From: a bacterium
GTDB taxonomy: Bacteria; Bacteroidota; Bacteroidia; Bacteroidales; UBA932
Length of the DNA: 35,473 nt
Assembly: GCA_004561775.1 (NCBI GenBank)
Contig: SFUD01000001.1
Location: forward strand, 1 to 35,473
Direction: 5' to 3'
This document shows, in pieces, positions 6,556 to 13,555 of the stretch. The position numbers were made by a program, and so were the translations under genes. Below the pieces are notes generated by a model. It was given only the letters and a program-made list of their open reading frames with translations, was not told the origin of the DNA and made no database searches. Positions within the stretch are counted from its first letter, which is position 1. Each line of letters begins with the position of its first letter.

Positions 6556-6622
6556 GGAGTTTTGGAGTCATCCATCCTCCGATTGAATTAAGGGTGGGGT
6601 GACCGAAAGGTTACCCCTTTTT
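6556..6622 (+). ncRNA. Candidate ~65-nt small RNA (promoter-to-terminator unit without an ATG).
   Basis: Bounded by the 6521-6551 promoter and the 6596-6622 terminator. Segment 6583-6595, TTGAATTAAGGGT, is the reverse complement of the recurrent leader motif ACCCTTAATTCAA. Confidence 0.3.
6596..6622 (+). terminator. Rho-independent terminator.
   Basis: ggggtgacc / GAAA / ggttacccc (9 bp, one G-T wobble) followed by TTTTT. Confidence 0.75.
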
Positions 6623-6632
6623 GCGTAGAAAT

Positions 6633-6845
6633 TGCAATTGTTGGTCCTATGTTGGTCAATAAATACGCAAATCTGCACCTCGCATATCTCTACGGGAGGT
6701 GCAGCAATTCTAACCTATGTTATAACCAAATCCCCCTTGGACACATTCCAGATGCAAGAAATGCAGAAATAGGCTCTCTGCATAGGTTAAAAATAACCCA
6801 TATATTTGTATATTTGCTTGCAAATGTTGGTCAATCCGACCAACA
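6633..6845. promoter_or_regulatory. attP-like region with repeated TGTTGGTC sites (putative integrase arm-type sites) and inverted repeats.
   Basis: TGTTGGTC at 6639-6646, 6650-6657 and 6825-6832, and inverted as GACCAACA at 6838-6845. 9-bp inverted repeat taacctatg (6711-6719) / cataggtta (6781-6789). Hairpin 6673-6681 / 6696-6704. Confidence 0.5.
6801..6816 (+). promoter_or_regulatory. Tandem -7 boxes TATATTTG TATATTTG upstream of int.
   Basis: Two back-to-back perfect TAnnTTTG matches, ending 49 nt before ATG 6865. Confidence 0.5.
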
Positions 6846-6864
6846 ATTATAAGCAATACACATT

Positions 6865-8148
6865 ATGCCGACTTTCAAACCTGTAGTATCCGCCCATCAA
6901 AAGAGGTCCGATGGGTCATACAATATTAAAATCCGCATCACGCATAAAAGAGTATCCCGGTGGATACCTACCAACCTCAACGCCTATGCCTATGACCTCA
7001 CCCGGTCTCTCAACCTCAAGAACAAGGACCTTGAATGGAAATGCAATGACCTTATACGGCAGATGAGGGCCGCACTCGCAGATGTCCCCACCTTTGTCTT
7101 GGAGGAACAGGACATTGATTGGGTGGTGCAGCGCATCAAAGATAAGATGTCCGGCAAGACATTCAACCTTGATTTCTTTGTGTTCGCAGAGGAGTATATT
7201 ACCGCAACCAAGATACCTGCGACACAAAGCAACTACCGCACCGCCCTTAACTCATTCAAGGAATATCTGGGCAAGGAGTCTATTGACATCAATGACATCA
7301 CACACGCAATGGTGCTTGGTTTCAAGGAATGGGTAGATACAACACCCAAGAGGTCAAGGGTTGGGAGAAAGAGACAGGAGGCAAAGGATGACACAACGGC
7401 CAAGAGGCCAAAGTTGCCCGGTGGCGGTAACTCCTCCATCCAGATAATGAAACTTGCACATATCTACAACAAGGCAAAGGATAAGTACAATGATGAGGAT
7501 GAGGACCTCTACCTCATACCTCGCAATCCTTTCAAGAATGTACCTCTATCCTTTCCTCCTGCCCAGACAGGCCAAAAAGCATTGGGGCAGGAATTGATGC
7601 AGCGCATCATCTCTGCGGATGCCACGGGTTCGGACAGGGTAGCACTTGACACCTTTATCCTGTCCTTTGCTATGATGGGGATGAACTTGTGCGACCTGTA
7701 TGCCTCCGCTCCTCCCAAGGGTGGAGTGTTGAGGTATAACAGGAGCAAGACACGGAACAGGAGGGCAGACCACGCAGAGATGGAGGTGATAGTCCCGGAG
7801 GAGGTGGCTGCGATATGTAGCCGATTATGCTCTGCCGATGGGCAGTATTGGCTATCCGACCTCCATAAGAGGTGTCCCTCTGCGGAGAATGTTACCGCCT
7901 ACATCAATAAACTCCTCAAGCATTGGGCCGACAAGGAGGGACTACCTCCGTTCACTTTCTATGCCGCACGGAAAACTTGGGCAACCCTCGCTCGCAAGGC
8001 AGGTGTGGAAAAGGCCACCATTGATGAGTGCCTTGTACATATCGGAGACCTCAAGATGGCCGACATCTATATTGAAAAGGACTATACAATTATGAACGAT
8101 GCCAACAGGATAGTGATGGCCCTCTTTGATTGGCCTATGATGGAATAA
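6865..8148 (+). CDS. int: Tyrosine-recombinase family integrase (Bacteroidota phage/CTn type with an N-terminal arm-binding domain).
   Basis: 427 aa. The N-terminus KPVVSAHQKRSDGSYNIKIRITHKRVSRWIPTNL is typical of the arm DNA-binding domain. The C-terminus has FYAARKTWATLA ... LVHIGDLKMADIYIEKDY (R...H...Y region). Confidence 0.8.
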   Translation: MPTFKPVVSAHQKRSDGSYNIKIRITHKRVSRWIPTNLNAYAYDLTRSLNLKNKDLEWKCNDLIRQMRAALADVPTFVLEEQDIDWVVQRIKDKMSGKTFNLDFFVFAEEYITATKIPATQSNYRTALNSFKEYLGKESIDINDITHAMVLGFKEWVDTTPKRSRVGRKRQEAKDDTTAKRPKLPGGGNSSIQIMKLAHIYNKAKDKYNDEDEDLYLIPRNPFKNVPLSFPPAQTGQKALGQELMQRIISADATGSDRVALDTFILSFAMMGMNLCDLYASAPPKGGVLRYNRSKTRNRRADHAEMEVIVPEEVAAICSRLCSADGQYWLSDLHKRCPSAENVTAYINKLLKHWADKEGLPPFTFYAARKTWATLARKAGVEKATIDECLVHIGDLKMADIYIEKDYTIMNDANRIVMALFDWPMME

Positions 8149-8213
8149 CCTTACTTTGGTCCTCATCAATGAACATAAGGTCAATGAGGGCCAATATCAT
8201 CCTTATGTCATCC

Positions 8214-8242
8214 GGGGAGAGTGTATCTTTTACATCCTCCCC
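8214..8242 (+). terminator. GGGGAG...CTCCCC extended imperfect hairpin after int.
   Basis: ggggag-a-gtgta...tacat-c-ctcccc followed by ctctttt. Confidence 0.4.
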
Positions 8243-8287
8243 CTCTTTTATATTACCCATATATAGTTTACTCATTACACAATAATG

Positions 8288-8315
8288 CAGGAGGCCGTAG
8301 TGATACGCCCTCCTG
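8288..8315 (-). terminator. Hairpin after the repressor gene (minus strand).
   Basis: caggagg (8288-8294) / cctcctg (8309-8315). Lies 10 nt beyond the stop at 8325-8327. Confidence 0.4.
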
Positions 8316-8324
8316 TTGTAGTAT

Positions 8325-8741
8325 CTACTTGGACAGGTGGCTATGAGGGTAAATGCCCCCTTTAGAGATGTATCCCTCTCCCTCCTTAGTGGTGAGCCTG
8401 TCTACCAATTGGGTGAGCCTATCAATGGACTGCGCCATTGAGGTATACATCTTGAGTGTCTCCGCAGGGATGAATACGCCCTCTTGCACCTTGGGTTGAG
8501 GCCGTTCCTCTGCCTGTTCCGGCAGGAGTGTTCCGACTCCTGTGATGAGATAGTTAGCATCAAAGCCGAACAGGTCAGCATAAGCCTTTGCCACCCTGCC
8601 GCCAATAGGCCTCCCAGATAGTTGATTGCTTACTGCCTGTTGGCTGCATCCCATCATTTCTGCGACCTCCGCCATTGTCAAATTGTGGTCCTCAAAGTAT
8701 GATTTTATCTGCCTTGAGATGATTTTGTGTATATCCGCCAT
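8325..8741 (-). CDS. XRE-family HTH repressor (CI-like).
   Basis: The only convincing minus-strand gene. HTH LTMAEVAEMMGCSQQAVSNQLSG. Divergent from the early operon. Confidence 0.8.
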   Translation of the reverse strand: MADIHKIISRQIKSYFEDHNLTMAEVAEMMGCSQQAVSNQLSGRPIGGRVAKAYADLFGFDANYLITGVGTLLPEQAEERPQPKVQEGVFIPAETLKMYTSMAQSIDRLTQLVDRLTTKEGEGYISKGGIYPHSHLSK

Positions 8742-8750
8742 AATATTTTT

Positions 8751-8821
8751 GTGAAAATTTCACTTTTGATGTTGTAAATACAATATAAATGTGTATCTTT
8801 GCAGTCAGTTAATCAAATATA
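8751..8821. promoter_or_regulatory. Immunity switch region: palindromic operator candidates plus early (+) and repressor (-) promoters.
   Basis: GTGAAA-A-TTTCAC palindrome at 8751-8763; TTGTA-aa-TACAA at 8772-8783. + strand: GTTG (8771-8774), N19, TATCTTTG (8794-8801). - strand: TATATTTG, read as CAAATATA at 8814-8821. Confidence 0.5.
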
Positions 8822-8836
8822 CGAAACTTTTTAGAT

Positions 8837-9100
8837 ATGCATAACATACAAGACATACTCCGAGATGCAGCGCAGATGGGGGCAGTAAAGGCCCTTGAGA
8901 GTGTGGGCCTTACCACCGGGGAAATCTCGCAGAGGCAGGCCTATGAGACCTATGGTCGCAAGTATATATGCGAAATGGTGGAGAGTGGCCGCCTGCGGCC
9001 CTCACACATCGGCAACGGCAAGACCGGGACAATCCGCTATGCTATTGCTGACATCCTCGCCTGCAGAACCGCAGACAAGATACAAGCATCAATCCTTTAA
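8837..9100 (+). CDS. Small HTH DNA-binding protein (excisionase/MerR-like fold) in the Cro position.
   Basis: 87 aa and the first gene of the early operon. ISQRQAYETYGRKYICEMVESGRLRPSHIGNGKTGTIRY resembles Xis/AlpA-type HTH proteins. Confidence 0.5.
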   Translation: MHNIQDILRDAAQMGAVKALESVGLTTGEISQRQAYETYGRKYICEMVESGRLRPSHIGNGKTGTIRYAIADILACRTADKIQASIL

Positions 9101-9110
9101 TTCAGTCAAT

Positions 9111-9305
9111 ATGAAAACAATCAAATCTATCATCAAGGTAATTGCTACCATTGTATTGTTAACTGCCCTCGTACTCGCAACGGCAGAGGCAGAAACTGCT
9201 AACGCACAACTCCTATGGTCTGGAGGATGCCTCTTGGTCCTCTATATCAGTTACAAGGTACTTGTCTGGGCAGACCCATCACTCCTTGAGGATGAGGATA
9301 TGTAA
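9111..9305 (+). CDS. Small membrane protein (64 aa).
   Basis: ATG 9111 lies 11 nt after the upstream stop. MKTIKSIIKVIATIVLLTALVLATAEA is signal/TM-like and a second hydrophobic segment follows. The track ORF start at 8895 overlaps the previous gene. Confidence 0.5.
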   Translation: MKTIKSIIKVIATIVLLTALVLATAEAETANAQLLWSGGCLLVLYISYKVLVWADPSLLEDEDM

Positions 9306-9332
9306 GTACATAAACCCTTAATCAATCATATT

Positions 9333-9740
9333 ATGCAAACATTCAAATGTTATGAATTATCTCTAAAGGATAGGATGAACACTATCCAACTATCGTTAAT
9401 GGATGACACCAACGAGAAGATAGTGTATGTCGCCTCTCTCCCCAAAGATGCTTTCTTCAATGGGGACTTTACCTCCAAGTGCAAAACAACTCTGGCTATG
9501 AGATGCACCAAGCAAGTGGCAGGCCTTGCGGCCTATGCACAGGTGGAGGATATTATCCACTACAACACCACCATCTCAAAGATGGTTGCACTACTCAAGG
9601 ACTCTCCGCAAAATGCTCTTAATGTGGCAAATGAACTCATCAGCATATCATCCAAGTTTTTACGCAGGATAGATGAGGATGGCATCAACGCCTTTGCCTT
9701 ATACAGGTCAGTTATAGCAACCCTTAATCGCTTTTGTTAA
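9333..9740 (+). CDS. Hypothetical protein (135 aa).
   Basis: Leader motif at 9314-9327. No recognisable domain. Confidence 0.55.
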   Translation: MQTFKCYELSLKDRMNTIQLSLMDDTNEKIVYVASLPKDAFFNGDFTSKCKTTLAMRCTKQVAGLAAYAQVEDIIHYNTTISKMVALLKDSPQNALNVANELISISSKFLRRIDEDGINAFALYRSVIATLNRFC

Positions 9741-9742
9741 TT

Positions 9743-10408
9743 ATGATATACCAGAAACTCGCCAAGATACAGGCCGCAGTCAAGGGTCTCACCAAGGACA
9801 CCAAGGCCTATTCTTACAAATATGTTGATGGCAACAAATGCCTTGCATCAATCCGCCCATTGATGGTGGAATATGGCCTCCTCCTTATGCCGGAGGTCCG
9901 GGAGATTTCCACCAAGGAGGTCACCTACAAGGTTTGGAATGACAAGGCCAAGAGTCTTGTGGATAAGACCGAGGTGTTGGTCACCATCAAGATGCAGATG
10001 ACTTGGGTAGACTCCGAGGATGGAGAGATGCTACGCCAAGAGTGGGCAGGTACAGGTATGAATGACTTTGACAAGGGGTTTGGCTCTGCCCTTACCTATG
10101 GTGAGAGGTATTACCTCCTCAAGTTTTTCCATATACCTACCGACAAGGATGATGTGGACTTTCTTGCCACTACAAGAGATGCTGCCCTTGAACAGGCGCA
10201 GGACAAAAAAGGCTGCGTATTCCGCCCTCTGGATGAGGAGTCCTATTGGAAAATAGTGAGAGCCTATGTTGAGGGTCGCAAGGCCAAGAGTGGCAATGAT
10301 TACAGGACCGACTACCAAGCCATCACCAATGCCGGACAGGCAGAGATGGCCAAGTTTGACCACGATGTTGAAAATGTACGCCTCGCAATGTCTGCAGGCG
10401 CAAGATAA
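9743..10408 (+). CDS. ERF-family single-strand annealing protein (recombinase).
   Basis: KIQAAVKGLTKDTKAYSYKYVDGNKCLASIRPLMVEYGL and GFGSALTYGERYYLLKFFHIPTDKDDVD match ERF hallmarks. ATG 9743 is preferred over the TTG at 9734. Confidence 0.8.
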   Translation: MIYQKLAKIQAAVKGLTKDTKAYSYKYVDGNKCLASIRPLMVEYGLLLMPEVREISTKEVTYKVWNDKAKSLVDKTEVLVTIKMQMTWVDSEDGEMLRQEWAGTGMNDFDKGFGSALTYGERYYLLKFFHIPTDKDDVDFLATTRDAALEQAQDKKGCVFRPLDEESYWKIVRAYVEGRKAKSGNDYRTDYQAITNAGQAEMAKFDHDVENVRLAMSAGAR

Positions 10409-10431
10409 TTAACCCTTAAATACAATCAATT

Positions 10432-11016
10432 ATGACTTACAAAGACATTAAAGAGGCTATGTGCGCATTGTCACAGGCCGCAAGAGAGGTGGAGGACATC
10501 TACATTGAGAATGGTGGCGAGGTCACCGAAGAAACCGAGGCAAGAGAGGCCGAAATAGCGGCCATTGAGGACCTTTTGGATGGAGAGGGTATTGACTCTC
10601 TGGGTAGATGGCTCAAGGCCAAGGAGGATGAGAAACAGGCCATCAAGAACGAAAAGGCGAAGATTGCCCAGATGGAAAAGGCCTGCGACAAGACCATTGA
10701 GTTTATCAAGGTTACCATAGGACAGGTCCTCCGCAGGACAGGCAAGGAAAAGGTAAAGGGTACTCTCTACTCCTTTGCGCAGTACACATCATCCAAGACA
10801 TCTGCCGACAAGGAGGTACTCAAGGCCCTGTACGAGGACAAGGTGCAGGAGGCTCTTACTGCAGCACATATCCCTCCTTACATCGGTGTCACACTTACTG
10901 CATCATCAACCAAAGCCGCAGAGTTCGGAGTGGTAGAGGGTGATGAGGACCTGTTCTCCACCGAGACCACCGAGACCTGCAAGTTTACCAAACCTCGCAA
11001 TGTAAAGGAGGCATAG
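10432..11016 (+). CDS. Siphovirus Gp157-like protein.
   Basis: 194 aa, acidic coiled-coil N-terminal half. Located directly after the recombinase, as for Gp157-family genes. The similarity was judged by eye. Confidence 0.45.
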   Translation: MTYKDIKEAMCALSQAAREVEDIYIENGGEVTEETEAREAEIAAIEDLLDGEGIDSLGRWLKAKEDEKQAIKNEKAKIAQMEKACDKTIEFIKVTIGQVLRRTGKEKVKGTLYSFAQYTSSKTSADKEVLKALYEDKVQEALTAAHIPPYIGVTLTASSTKAAEFGVVEGDEDLFSTETTETCKFTKPRNVKEA

Positions 11017-11019
11017 GCT

Positions 11020-11688
11020 ATGGGTAAAGGTTTCACCACCATCCTTGATGATATGCTCACCCTTGACTTGGACCTTACCGAGACAATGGTGTATGCTATC
11101 ATCTTTGGATTTTCGCAGGATGGGGAGTCCGCCTTTACAGGGTCGCAGGCTTATCTTGCCAAGAAATGCAAGTGCAGCCGCCACAAGGTTATCACATCCC
11201 TCTCCAAATTAGTGGAGAGGGGACTTGTGGCCAAGACTGACCGCACCATCAATGGCATCAAGTTCTGCGAGTATAGGGTGTCCCCTATGGGTACAGGTTG
11301 TACCCCACAGGTACAGGGGGGATGTACCCCGGAGGTACATAATAATATAGATAATATAAATATAGATAATACTCTCTCTATAAAGGCTGCGCCCAAATTC
11401 AAAAAACCAAGTGTTGAGGAGGTAAGGGCATATTGTCTGGAGAGAGGCAACTCCGTAGATGCGCAGGCATTTGTTGATTTCTACGAGAGCAAGGGGTGGA
11501 AAGTTGGCAACGCAGCAATGAAAGATTGGCGTGCCTGCGTAAGGACTTGGGAGAGCCGTGAAAAGCACTCCTCCCCCCGCCCCTCCTCTCGCAACACCAC
11601 CAACAAGAGTTCCAATTTCCAAGTGATGAGGGATATGTTAGAGCGCAACAGGGCAACAATGCAAGGAGGACAGGTAGATGAGCAATGA
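11020..11688 (+). CDS. Replication initiator or organiser protein (N-terminal winged-helix domain, C-terminal conserved phage replication domain).
   Basis: LDLDLTETMVYAIIFGFSQDG...SQAYLAKKCKCSRHKVITSLSKLVERGLV (wHTH). C-terminus VEEVRAYCLERGNSVDAQAFVDFYESKGWKVG. Iterons lie in the linker-coding DNA. Confidence 0.6.
   Translation: MGKGFTTILDDMLTLDLDLTETMVYAIIFGFSQDGESAFTGSQAYLAKKCKCSRHKVITSLSKLVERGLVAKTDRTINGIKFCEYRVSPMGTGCTPQVQGGCTPEVHNNIDNINIDNTLSIKAAPKFKKPSVEEVRAYCLERGNSVDAQAFVDFYESKGWKVGNAAMKDWRACVRTWESREKHSSPRPSSRNTTNKSSNFQVMRDMLERNRATMQGGQVDEQ
11289..11371. repeat. Origin-like iteron cluster plus AT-rich direct repeats inside the replication gene.
   Basis: GGTACA-ggt-TGTACC (11290-11304) and GGTACA-N7-TGTACC (11310-11328), with GGTACA again at 11334-11339. 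Then the 11-nt repeat TATAGATAATA at 11346-11356 and 11361-11371. Confidence 0.55.
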
Positions 11689-12199
11689 ACTGACAACACA
11701 GGCGTACAATAACCTTGTAGCCTATAACCCAAAGACATCTCTGGTGGAGGTGCGCCTCAACCCGGACAAGTACCCAAGAATAGGTAAGACCAACGAGTCA
11801 CAGGCATTTGTCCTTATGAAAGAGATAGTGGTATCTGCCTATATGTACAGGGGACAACAGGCAGATGAGGAGATGGTCAATTTTACTACCGCCAATCTCC
11901 TCGCTGAACTTACCGACCCCAATAATGAGTATGGCACTCAACACCTGTCTTGGTTTGAGATTGCACGAGCCATAAAGAGGGGTGTACTTGGATTGAGTAA
12001 AGAGATGTACGGCATCTCCGTATCATCACTCTATGCTGCCATTATTGACTACATCAAGAAAGAGGGACTTGAGGCCGACAGGAAAGCCAGGGAATTAAGG
12101 CGGGGCGAGATGCCTATTGCTATGCAGACCGCCATTACATCCAAAAGTGTAGACCTCGCCAACGCCTTGGTGGAAAAGACAAAGGAGGCGTACCGATGA
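11678..12199 (+). CDS. Hypothetical protein (173 aa), replication-module associated.
   Basis: 11-nt overlap with the upstream gene (ATG 11678, stop 11686-11688). No recognisable domain. Confidence 0.55.
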   Translation: MSNELTTQAYNNLVAYNPKTSLVEVRLNPDKYPRIGKTNESQAFVLMKEIVVSAYMYRGQQADEEMVNFTTANLLAELTDPNNEYGTQHLSWFEIARAIKRGVLGLSKEMYGISVSSLYAAIIDYIKKEGLEADRKARELRRGEMPIAMQTAITSKSVDLANALVEKTKEAYR

Positions 12200-12612
12200 T
12201 AAAGCCAAAGTATGAGGAGAGCATCTGGAGGCTCTGCCGGGAAATCAACGATATTGCCTCAACTCTGCCTGTAGGTAAGCGAAATATGATAGCCAATAGG
12301 TTGAGCCGGATACAATTATTACAATCAAAAATCAATAGAAAGATGGATAATGAAATAACCAACCAATCCAATGAGCAGATTGCTGCTCGTTACAATGCAA
12401 AGAAAGCCATACTGCAAGCAATGATAGATGGCCGCACCATTTCATTCCTTGACTCAAGTGAGTTCAAGGTCTCCGAGATGCATACCCAGATGCATTGCAT
12501 ATCAAGGGATATAGAGGAAAAGAAACTCCCATACATACTCCGCAAGGAGTGGTTTGAGTTTGCCCCCGGAAAGAGAGCCAAGAGGTACTCCATAATCCAC
12601 AAAGAGTCATAG
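12196..12612 (+). CDS. Hypothetical protein (138 aa).
   Basis: ATGA coupling. No recognisable domain. Confidence 0.55.
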   Translation: MIKPKYEESIWRLCREINDIASTLPVGKRNMIANRLSRIQLLQSKINRKMDNEITNQSNEQIAARYNAKKAILQAMIDGRTISFLDSSEFKVSEMHTQMHCISRDIEEKKLPYILRKEWFEFAPGKRAKRYSIIHKES

Positions 12613-12614
12613 GT

Positions 12615-12749
12615 ATGGAAATCATTGCAATATCATTTATGATTGTCCTTGTGGCCGTTATCATAGTATTTGGCGCATTGCTCATAGCATTGGCACATCT
12701 GGTAGTGGATGACAAGGACAAGCAAGACAACAATAACAGGAACAATTAA
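12615..12749 (+). CDS. Small single-TM protein (44 aa), not in the ORF track.
   Basis: ATG lies 2 nt after the upstream TAG. MEIIAISFMIVLVAVIIVFGALLIALAHLVVDDKDKQDNNNRNN. Confidence 0.4.
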   Translation: MEIIAISFMIVLVAVIIVFGALLIALAHLVVDDKDKQDNNNRNN

Positions 12750-12761
12750 CACATAACTATT

Positions 12762-13145
12762 ATGATTACAATAAAGTTTAGAGGTACAATTGACTCCATT
12801 GGCGAGGTCAAGGGAGGCGTATCGCAAAAGACAGGAAAAGAGTGGAAAATGGTTGATGTCATCTTTGATGTGCCAGAGGGCAGGTATAGTGACAAAATCA
12901 TTATGACTGCATCCAACGAGGTGGTAGATGAGGTACTTGACTGCAGGATTGGTGAGGAGGTCGCAGTTGAGGCCTACATCTATGCAAGGGAGTATAATGA
13001 CAGGATGTACAATAATGTAAACCTGTTCAAGTTGTACCGCCATAGTGCCGCAAGGCCTGCCGCCCCTGCCTCTACACCGCAGGCAACCGCCCCGGCATAC
13101 AACGCCCCGGCCAATGACAACCCAGATGATGACCTGCCATTCTAA
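12762..13145 (+). CDS. ssb: Single-stranded DNA-binding protein (DUF3127/OB-fold type).
   Basis: N-terminal OB-like domain, Pro/Ala-rich linker and acidic C-terminal tip DDDLPF, as in SSB C-termini. Confidence 0.7.
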   Translation: MITIKFRGTIDSIGEVKGGVSQKTGKEWKMVDVIFDVPEGRYSDKIIMTASNEVVDEVLDCRIGEEVAVEAYIYAREYNDRMYNNVNLFKLYRHSAARPAAPASTPQATAPAYNAPANDNPDDDLPF

Positions 13146-13157
13146 ATCTGCCGCCAT

Positions 13158-13553
13158 ATGACACTCAATGAATATCAAGAGAAAGCAATGGCAACCTGTA
13201 TGGCAACCTGTTCCAATTTCTCCTATATGGCTCTCAACCTTGTAGGAGAGGTTGGAGAGTTTGCCTCCAAGGTCGCAAAATGTATCCGAAAGGGTATCCG
13301 CACAATAGAAAAGGACCACCTCTACAAGGTATTACGAGGCGCAGACTCAATAGAGGAGTCCATAGAGTTACACACTATTGACCGCACCCTTGATGAGGAA
13401 CTACGCAAGGAGGCAGGTGACATCCTGTGGCAACTCTCCGGCCTGTGCAAGGTGATGGGTTGGAGTCTTGAGGATGTCGCACAGGAAAACCTTGACAAGT
13501 TAGCCTCAAGGCAGGCAAGAGGTGTGATTGATGGTAACGGAGACAACAGGTAG
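13158..13553 (+). CDS. MazG-like nucleoside triphosphate pyrophosphohydrolase.
   Basis: LNEYQ...LVGEVGEFASKV...EAGDILWQLSGLCKVMGWSLEDVAQENLDKL are typical MazG/NTP-PPase motifs. Confidence 0.8.
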   Translation: MTLNEYQEKAMATCMATCSNFSYMALNLVGEVGEFASKVAKCIRKGIRTIEKDHLYKVLRGADSIEESIELHTIDRTLDEELRKEAGDILWQLSGLCKVMGWSLEDVAQENLDKLASRQARGVIDGNGDNR

Positions 13554-13555
13554 AT

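Noticed and set aside
6416-6575. Minus-strand mini-ORFs starting at 6575 (10 aa) or 6571 (about 50 aa), preceded by the leader motif in the correct orientation and by GGAGG.
   Set aside because: The longer ORF lies antisense to the plausible 6347-6532 gene, and no minus-strand promoter is evident. I kept the motif copy as part of the sRNA hypothesis, but a tiny divergent gene cannot be fully excluded.
6649-6852. A 67-aa + strand ORF in the int-upstream region.
   Set aside because: It lies in the repeat-rich attP-like non-coding stretch and spans the predicted int promoter. It has no coupling or leader motif, and its sequence is implausible.
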